Source of the DNA: an uncultured Lachnospiraceae bacterium | GTDB lineage: Bacteria > Bacillota > Clostridia > TANB77 > CAG-508 | Length of the DNA stretch: 50,953 nucleotides | Reading direction: 5' to 3' | Assembly (NCBI GenBank): GCA_946637865.1 | Contig: CAMPBM010000002.1 | Span: 1 to 50,953 of the forward strand | Part shown: positions 44,717-50,953 of the stretch, piece by piece | Layout: the number at the start of each line of letters is the position of its first letter | How positions within the stretch are numbered: the stretch's first letter is position 1 | Notes under the pieces: model-generated | What the model was told of the DNA's origin: nothing | Databases searched by the model: none | What the model saw: the letters and a program-made list of their open reading frames with translations, nothing else | Program-made: the position numbers and the translations under genes

Positions 44717-47005
44717 TTAATGCGAACCAGAATCCAATTCATCTTGTAAAGTTATAGTAATAACAGCTCCTTCTTCAACTTCTGTACCAGCAATAGGATC
44801 CTGACTAACAACTTTACCTCTATCTGAACCAACTACTTTTACATTTAAGTTTCTTTCAATCAAAACATTCTTAGATTTCACCGCTGTTAATCCTTTTACG
44901 TTAGGAACTTCAACGGAAAGTCTAACAGATTCATCACTGGTATACAATTTTACAACAGCACCCTTTATTAAAGCTGTTCCAGGCTTTGGAACTTGTTCCG
45001 TTACTATTGCATCATCTGCACCCAAAGCATCACATTTAAAGCCAGATTCTTCCAATATTTTTTTTGCTTCAGCCATCGTTTTTGTTTGAACATCAGGTAA
45101 TGATGATGTTTGTAAGCTGTTATAAGAATCAGTTGGAGTAGTAGTTATTGTTGTATTGTTTGCAGGAATTTCCATATAAGGTAATACCTCCGATAGAACT
45201 TGGGCTACCACAGGCGCTGCAATTTGACCACCATAGTTATTGCTTTCAATTGGATCATATAAAGTTAAAAGCACTGCAACCTTAGTATTTTCAACTGGAG
45301 CAATAGCCAAAAATGAAGCAACATATCCTTCTTCTTCTTTACCAGGTGCTGGTTCAGATGTACCAGTTTTACCACCAACATTATAACCAGAAACTTGACC
45401 GTATCTACCGCCACCCTCAACTACAACAGATTCCATCATACTTCTAACTTGTTCTGCAGTTTCAGAAGAAATAACTTGCCTAATTTGTTTTGGCTCTATA
45501 GTAGTTATTGTATTAGTATCTGTATTTTCTATAGATTTTACTATTCTAGGTTGCATCAAAATTCCATCATTTGCTATAGCACAAACGGAAGAAATCATCT
45601 GAAGAGGAGTAATTGTAAATCTTTGCCCAAACGAAATGGTAGCCAATTCAACCGGACCGACATTCTCTAATTTATGAAAAGTACCAACAGCCTCACCAGC
45701 AGTAGCAATTCCTGTCTTATCAAATAATCCAAATGCATCAAAGTATTTATATAGCGTTTCTTTCCCAATCTTTGAACCAAGTTGCATAAAAGCAGGGTTA
45801 CAAGAATGTTCTAGTGCTTCTCTAAGTGATTGATATCCATGCCCAGAAGTATTAGCACACTTTATTTGAGTTCCATAAATATCTTGATATCCTATGCAAG
45901 AGAATATTCCTGGAGTATCTGTTTCAACTAAATTTTCTTCCAATGCAATAGCAGATATTAAAACTTTAAAAACTGAGCCAGGTTCGTAGGTGTTGGTTAC
46001 AGAAGGATTTTTCCACATATTTTGTAAGGCATTATTCTTTGCAGAGCTAGATAAATCATCCCAATTTTTTTGCAAAGCAACATTTGGAGTAAAAGGAGAG
46101 TTGAGGTTATAATCTGGGTATGACGCCATTGCTAAAATGTCACCTGTGCTTGGATCCATGATAATAATATTTCCACCACGATTACATTGATTATCAGCCA
46201 CAGCTTGTTTTAAATATTTTTCTGCAATAGTCTGAATATTATAATCTATTGTTAATGTAATATTACTTCCATTTTGTGCAGGAATATAATTTTCATGTGC
46301 AGTTGAAATAATATCTTGTGCAGCATCCTGCGAAGTGGTTATTTTACCAGGCGTTCCAGTAAGAACAGAATTCCAATAATACTCTAACCCAGCCAACCCT
46401 TGGTTATCATCCCCGCAAAATCCAATTAAATTTGAAGCCAGGTTATTGTAGTAATAATACCTTTTGGTGTCAGAGTCAATATTAATTCCAGTATATAATT
46501 CATTTTCTTGTATCCAATCTTTTAGCTTATTAATTTTATCTTCTTCGACTTTTTTAACGATAGTTTGAACCTGTGCATTGCTGGTTACTTTATTATATAC
46601 TTCGTTATAATCCAGTTCAAAAATATCTGAGAGAGCTCTTGTTACTTTTCCCTGTAACTCAGCAGTTTCTACAGCAGAATCTTCTATTATAAATTTTTGA
46701 GGATTTATGGTAACTGTATCTACCTTTGCACTTATTGCTAAAGGTTTTCCAGTTGAATCATAAATAGAACCTCTATTCGGACTTATGACCCTACTTGTTG
46801 TTTGTTGTCTAGTAGCAGCCTCTTTAAGAGTTGATCCCTGTACAAACTGTAACCAACCAATCCTAAAAACTAATGAAGTCATCAAAATTATTAAGATTAT
46901 AGCTAAAACTAATACTCTCTTAGGCCTACTATACTTGACAACATTTTCATCTTTTTCATTCTTTATAGTCTTTTTTGTAGACTTTTTTCTTGAGTTTGAT
47001 TTCAT
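44717..47005 (-). CDS. Class B penicillin-binding protein (SpoVD/PBP2B-like) with two C-terminal PASTA domains
   Basis: An N-terminal TM anchor is present. The transpeptidase motifs are SVFK (SxxK), SCN (SxN) and KTGT. Two PASTA-like repeats occupy the last ~130 aa. Confidence 0.88.
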   Translation of the reverse strand: MKSNSRKKSTKKTIKNEKDENVVKYSRPKRVLVLAIILIILMTSLVFRIGWLQFVQGSTLKEAATRQQTTSRVISPNRGSIYDSTGKPLAISAKVDTVTINPQKFIIEDSAVETAELQGKVTRALSDIFELDYNEVYNKVTSNAQVQTIVKKVEEDKINKLKDWIQENELYTGINIDSDTKRYYYYNNLASNLIGFCGDDNQGLAGLEYYWNSVLTGTPGKITTSQDAAQDIISTAHENYIPAQNGSNITLTIDYNIQTIAEKYLKQAVADNQCNRGGNIIIMDPSTGDILAMASYPDYNLNSPFTPNVALQKNWDDLSSSAKNNALQNMWKNPSVTNTYEPGSVFKVLISAIALEENLVETDTPGIFSCIGYQDIYGTQIKCANTSGHGYQSLREALEHSCNPAFMQLGSKIGKETLYKYFDAFGLFDKTGIATAGEAVGTFHKLENVGPVELATISFGQRFTITPLQMISSVCAIANDGILMQPRIVKSIENTDTNTITTIEPKQIRQVISSETAEQVRSMMESVVVEGGGRYGQVSGYNVGGKTGTSEPAPGKEEEGYVASFLAIAPVENTKVAVLLTLYDPIESNNYGGQIAAPVVAQVLSEVLPYMEIPANNTTITTTPTDSYNSLQTSSLPDVQTKTMAEAKKILEESGFKCDALGADDAIVTEQVPKPGTALIKGAVVKLYTSDESVRLSVEVPNVKGLTAVKSKNVLIERNLNVKVVGSDRGKVVSQDPIAGTEVEEGAVITITLQDELDSGSH

Positions 47006-47066
47006 ATTTCACCATCTCTCATTATAGTTAATACTGCAATTATTTTATAGTATGTATGATTAAAAG

Positions 47067-48381
47067 TCAAGAATGCGAAACGGTTTTTTTGAACGTAAAA
47101 TAACTCAAAAAAAAGTTTAACAATTCACTAAAGTAAATAGTTGAAACATATCCACTAATTCCAAATTTTGGAATTAGTATATAAATTAAGGAAATTGTTG
47201 TTATCAAATCTATGATATTTATTACTAATACTGCAACCTGTTTGTTTAACCCTTTTAGCATAGCATCAACCACACTATCTAGGTACATTATTGGTATAAG
47301 AGGAGACAATATTTTTATATAGATAACTGCACTCTGGGACTTATACATAAAAAGACTAAGCTGACTTGCATATATAAAAATTAGCATAGATACTATTACT
47401 GAGAAAAATATAGTAATATTTAATATTTTCTTGGACACTCGTTTAATTGTTAAATATTCAGATTTAGTGCTAAATTCTGTAAACTCTGGAATTAGCAAAC
47501 TACTAAAAGTAAGCACTATTATATTTGGAAATAGTAATAGTGGCATTGCCATTCCACATATAAGACCATAACTAGAAAGAGCCTGCTTTGTAGTGTATCC
47601 GAAATTTTTCAAAACCTTGGGGAATGAGTATTTGCTTTAATGTCGATAATCCAGAACGAATAATTGAGGTTAAACCTACAGGAATTGTTAGTTTAATTAT
47701 TCTCATTTCAAAAAATGATTTTGTAGAAGTATCTCCAGAATATTTACGATGGTCCAACCTATATAGTATGTATATGTATATAAATGAAAAAATTTCGGAT
47801 ATTATATTTCCTAATATAAGAGAAATACAAATATATTCTAGTCCACAGGGCATAAAGTGATTTAGCAAGAGTGATATAAGTACTACTTTCATGCAATGCT
47901 CAAATATCTGATTGGATGCAGGTTTTATAGTATTTCTAACTGCAGTAAAGTACCCATGTATACATGAGGACATGGATATAAATGGAAGTGAAATGGATAT
48001 TATATAAAATGGCACATTAGATATTTTGTTATGAAGACATATTTTGCATATATGTGAGGAGAATAGTATTAGCAATAAACTTGCAGTACAACTGAAAAAT
48101 AAACTAAAAGCTAAACATTTTCGAACCACATTTTTTACATTTCCAATATTTCCTACTGCAATTTCTTCAGAAACAATTTTTGTTGTAGCAAAGCTAATTC
48201 CAGATAGCGCAATTGTTATTGAAAAACTATATATTGACATTACAATTCCATATAGACCCACTGCCTCTGCACCTATTTTTTGAGAAATGTAGGAGTTGAA
48301 AAATATACTGATACATCGTAATATGAGGGAGGTTAAGGTTAAGATTAATCCGTTGATTACAAATGTTTTTATGGGTTTCAT
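47067..48381 (-). pseudogene. SpoVB/MurJ-like MOP flippase, split by a 1-nt frameshift
   Basis: ORFs 47572-48381 and 47067-47612 are the N- and C-parts of one flippase. Removing one T from the coding-strand run GGTTTTGAAAAAT (the + strand A4 at 47611-47614) restores ..IPQGLKNFGYTTKQALSSYG... Confidence 0.7.
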
Positions 48382-48409
48382 TGGTTCCTCCTTGAAAATT
48401 CAGAATAAG

Positions 48410-48501
48410 GTGTTACAGGTCAGCCTTGAAACATTTGGGGACGGTCTTAATTGAAACAAATTAAGACCGTCCCCAAATGTTTCAAGGCTGACCTGTAACA
48501 C
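48410..48501. repeat. 92-bp perfect palindrome (43-bp arms, 6-nt loop) in a divergent intergenic region
   Basis: gtgttacaggtcagccttgaaacatttggggacggtcttaatt-gaaaca-aattaagaccgtccccaaatgtttcaaggctgacctgtaacac. Confidence 0.9.
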
Positions 48502-48652
48502 TAAACAGTAACGGATAGTGCATAGTTTTGATTAAATATATGGAAAAAACGAATGAAATATGATATAATTCTTGAATGAAAATATAAAAGAAGGGGATTA
48601 GTCAATTAAATATATAGGTGTATTTAACTGATTAATTATAGTGAGAAGAGAT

Positions 48653-49246
48653 ATGAAGAAAATTTTATTAATATGTGCGATGGAAAAGGAAGCTAAACAA
48701 ATTGTAGAAGCACTTGAAATGAAAGAATTACATTTGAATCTATTTGAAAATAAAACTAAAAATATGCAACTATTGATAACCGGAATAGGCAAAGAGTTAA
48801 CTGCAATTAGTCTAACCAGGTATTTGTCGGAGAACGGAAATCCAGATTTAATAATAAATGTAGGGTATGCTGGGTCAACAGATATACCAATAGGAAAATG
48901 GGTTAATATATCAAGAGCGTACAATTATGAATGGGAATTCCCGGGAGAGGAGAAGTACATAATGCTAGCTGGAGGTAGTCAAAAATTGGAACTGCTAAAA
49001 GATAGCAATATAGAGAGTGTAGAGTGTTATTCATCAGAGAGTTTCGTGACAGAAACTGATATTAAGGACCACGTAGCATTTGATATGGAGCTACATTCAA
49101 TTTCTTTAATTTGTGATTTGTATAAAATAAAGCTATTATCACTAAAAAAGATTAGTGATAATTTGAGTGTAGGGGATTATTATAGCAATTTAAAAAAAGA
49201 GGAGGTTTTTGAATTAGTCAGTTGCTTGGATATTTTGAACTTATAG
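48653..49246 (+). CDS. Divergent MTA/SAH nucleosidase-family (PNP_UDP_1) protein
   Basis: ILLICAMEKEA, TGIGK, INVGYAGS, FDMELHS and LKKISDN line up with conserved MtnN blocks. The protein is shorter and divergent. Confidence 0.55.
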   Translation: MKKILLICAMEKEAKQIVEALEMKELHLNLFENKTKNMQLLITGIGKELTAISLTRYLSENGNPDLIINVGYAGSTDIPIGKWVNISRAYNYEWEFPGEEKYIMLAGGSQKLELLKDSNIESVECYSSESFVTETDIKDHVAFDMELHSISLICDLYKIKLLSLKKISDNLSVGDYYSNLKKEEVFELVSCLDILNL

Positions 49247-49267
49247 AGGGTAGGTAACATAGAAATA

Positions 49268-49396
49268 TTCGTAAAGAAGCACAATATGCTACATAAAAAA
49301 TTGAAGATTTTCTTTTTTCTCGTATAATAGGAAAGTAATCCACATTCGTAGCGGAGTACATTGCACTCCAGAGAAAATTGCAGAGTTTCTTATTCG
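49268..49396. repeat. R2 repeat family, second copy
   Basis: tcgtaaagaagcacaatatgctac..aaaattgaagattttcttttttctcgtataataggaaag..attcgtagcggagtacattgcactccagagaaaattgcagagtttcttattcg parallels 39041-39165 module by module. Confidence 0.6.
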
Positions 49397-49441
49397 TTCA
49401 AAAAGTATTTCTTAACTAAAATTAAGTCATAATAAAAAAAT

Positions 49442-49480
49442 AATATTACAATATTATTACAAAAATATTACAATATTATT
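49442..49480. promoter_or_regulatory. Two perfect 17-bp direct repeats (candidate operator) within a phased TTACAA array
   Basis: aatattacaatattatt occurs at 49442-49458 and 49464-49480, with a 22-bp period. TTACAA recurs five times between 49446 and 49503. A TGgTACAAT extended -10-like box lies at ~49526-49534. Confidence 0.4.
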
Positions 49481-49600
49481 CTTGTGTTACAATTCTATTA
49501 CAAAGTGTATTTAAACTTTTTTTATGGTACAATATATATATGTTAAAATGGATTTTTTACAGTTTTATATTACGTATATAAAAAAAGAAGGAGGATTGTA

Positions 49601-49780
49601 ATGGAAGAAAACGAAAAATTAGGAAAGATGTTAATTGATGGTAAAGTAGTAGATTTAGATACTGCCACAATTAGTGAACTAGAGACAATAGAAGATAAAT
49701 TGAAAGTAGACATTGAAAAGATAAAGAAAATAATATCAGATAAGCTATTTTCGGATGTGGATAGCGTTGTAGAGTTATAG
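49601..49780 (+). CDS. Unannotated 59-aa acidic helical protein
   Basis: MEENEKLGKMLIDGKVVDLDTATISELETIEDKLKVDIEKIKKIISDKLFSDVDSVVEL. A strong AAGGAGGA RBS lies 7 nt upstream. It is one codon below the track cutoff. Confidence 0.45.
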   Translation: MEENEKLGKMLIDGKVVDLDTATISELETIEDKLKVDIEKIKKIISDKLFSDVDSVVEL

Positions 49781-49817
49781 GTGAAAGAAAAAACTAAAGA
49801 ATAAAGGAGAATAAAAA

Positions 49818-50654
49818 ATGAGTGAAGAAAAAGTTAATAATGATAATGTAAGTATTATTAGTGCATTAAAAACATTAGTAGCATTACAGGCTGATTTAGC
49901 AAAATTAACATTAGCAAAACGCTCTAAAGAGGCGATAATTGCAGTAAAGAATGGAATTGCAGGGTTAGAAAAATATGTAAATGAACAAGCCAATAGATAT
50001 GGTGTAGAAAAAGGTAAAGCAAAAGATGTAAAAGATGCATATAAAAGTTATATACAGAATGAAAAAGATATATACTTGGAAGGCATCACAGCTTTAGAAA
50101 TGGACAAACAAGATCTTCAAGGCAAACAAATGCTTGAAATTGGAAGAGCATGTGAACTAAAAAGAAATGAAAAAGATGAACCTGCATATGAGGTTACTCA
50201 AGCACTTAAGAAAGCAAAAAGTAAAATAGAAGAATTTGACAGACAAATAGCTGAAAAAGAAGCAGCTCAAAAAGAATGTAGAGATGCGTTTAAAACTCAC
50301 ACTAAAGAAGCATGGAAAAATAAAAGTACAGAATTGGCAAAAGTTAATAAGCAAAACATTTTTCAAAAGTTTATTGGTTCATTTGTAGATAAAATCAATG
50401 GAGGCAAGAAATATGCAGAGTCTGTTGCAAAACCAATTGCAAAGAGCTTGAATGACTTTAAAAATGAAACTATACCTGCATTCGCTAATTCTATTAAAGA
50501 AAAAGCTACAGATGGATTAGATACAGTAAAAGGTTTTGGTACTAGTGAAAAAGAAAAAATTGAAGGAGTAATAAACAAAGGAAAAGAATTCAAGAGTAAC
50601 ATTATAAAGGGCATTGCTGGAAAAATTCAAGACGCGAATGAACGTGTAGCATAA
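49818..50654 (+). CDS. Hypothetical K/E-rich alpha-helical protein
   Basis: AAAGGAG lies upstream of the ATG. The 278-aa product is predicted to be largely helical or coiled coil. I recognise no motif. Confidence 0.55.
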   Translation: MSEEKVNNDNVSIISALKTLVALQADLAKLTLAKRSKEAIIAVKNGIAGLEKYVNEQANRYGVEKGKAKDVKDAYKSYIQNEKDIYLEGITALEMDKQDLQGKQMLEIGRACELKRNEKDEPAYEVTQALKKAKSKIEEFDRQIAEKEAAQKECRDAFKTHTKEAWKNKSTELAKVNKQNIFQKFIGSFVDKINGGKKYAESVAKPIAKSLNDFKNETIPAFANSIKEKATDGLDTVKGFGTSEKEKIEGVINKGKEFKSNIIKGIAGKIQDANERVA

Positions 50655-50773
50655 AAGGTAAAGGAGATTAAAGAAAAAACAAGTGATGCAATGGAAAAAT
50701 AACAGAGATGGGATATAAATGTCGTTTTTGAAAGAAGGAAGGTTAATTAAAAGCAATAACCTTCCCTCTTTTA

Positions 50774-50953
50774 GTTACTGTTTAACACTTTTTGTTACTG
50801 TCTAACAGTCTAGTCTTTTGAGTAGCCCAAACCATAGAATTATTATGTAAAAAGTGCTAAACAGTAGTTACAATTCAGGTGGCTATTAAAGTAGAGTAGT
50901 CAAAAATTAAAATTATGTAATCGCTTGCAATATATTAACATTCCGCAGACTTG
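50774..50953. repeat. Composite left arm of a palindromic repeat-family element, running off the window end
   Basis: The modules appear in series: gttactgtttaacacttttt (50774-50793), gttactgtctaacag, cccaaaccatagaatta (50826-50842), gttacaattcaggtgg (50867-50882), aaattatgtaa..gcaatatattaaca, then the core start ttccgcagacttg. Confidence 0.7.

Noticed and set aside
47067-48381. Treating 47572-48381 and 47067-47612 as two separate genes.
   Set aside because: Together they form one SpoVB/MurJ-type flippase. The downstream 'start' is a TTG created by the frame change, and a single-base correction in a homopolymer fuses the two ORFs.
48410-48501. The 92-bp palindrome as a simple intrinsic terminator.
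   Set aside because: Both flanking genes start next to it and are transcribed away from it, so it terminates neither. It also lacks a flanking T-run.
49440-49505. Possible CRISPR array or other repeat-spacer structure. The palindromes at 9.5, 31.7 and 48.4 kb were considered in the same way.
   Set aside because: The repeats are 6-17 bp, AT-rich and too few. The long palindromes are inverted rather than direct repeats with unique spacers. No cas genes are present in the window.

Overview
This is an AT-rich chromosomal segment from a Clostridia-like, sporulating Firmicute. It uses the standard bacterial code: TGG encodes Trp and TGA is used as a stop. Most of the window is housekeeping and sits mainly on the + strand: rpmG-secE-nusG-rplK-rplA-rplJ-rplL, plsX-acpP-rnc-radical SAM, a YitT-family gene, rpsB-tsf, lspA-rluD, a second pseudouridine synthase, an S1-domain protein, spoVB-like flippases, hup, a family-4 UDG, minD-minE-rodA, dusB, mazF, htrA, rnhB, pdp and a class B PBP. 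Three accessory parts stand out. (1) A roughly 9.3 kb integrative island sits at tRNA-Leu(UAA), from about 21.35 to 30.66 kb. It is bounded by a direct repeat of the tRNA 3' half and abuts a truncated tyrosine integrase. It carries a Type I R-M operon, hsdM-hsdS-X-Y-hsdR. X (447 aa) and Y (241 aa) are unannotatable proteins that each carry one canonical HEPN-type RNxxxH motif. This is my lead candidate for a new R-M-coupled abortive-infection or RNase system. (2) An orphan two-gene module at 15.4-18.8 kb pairs a replication-relaxation-like winged-helix protein with a multi-pass-membrane TraG/VirD4-like ATPase, with no other conjugation genes nearby. (3) A modular family of long, perfect, nested palindromic repeats, locally GC-rich, occupies many intergenic regions and both window ends. 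One copy has a visible target-site duplication. The family coincides with breaks in otherwise conserved operon synteny. Further oddities are a homopolymer frameshift in a second spoVB-like gene, a mazF with no adjacent antitoxin, long low-complexity tails on SecE and MinE, several unannotated small hydrophobic peptide ORFs, and a phased TTACAA repeat array upstream of a small coiled-coil operon. All functional calls come from reading the translated ORFs and motifs by eye. No database search was run.
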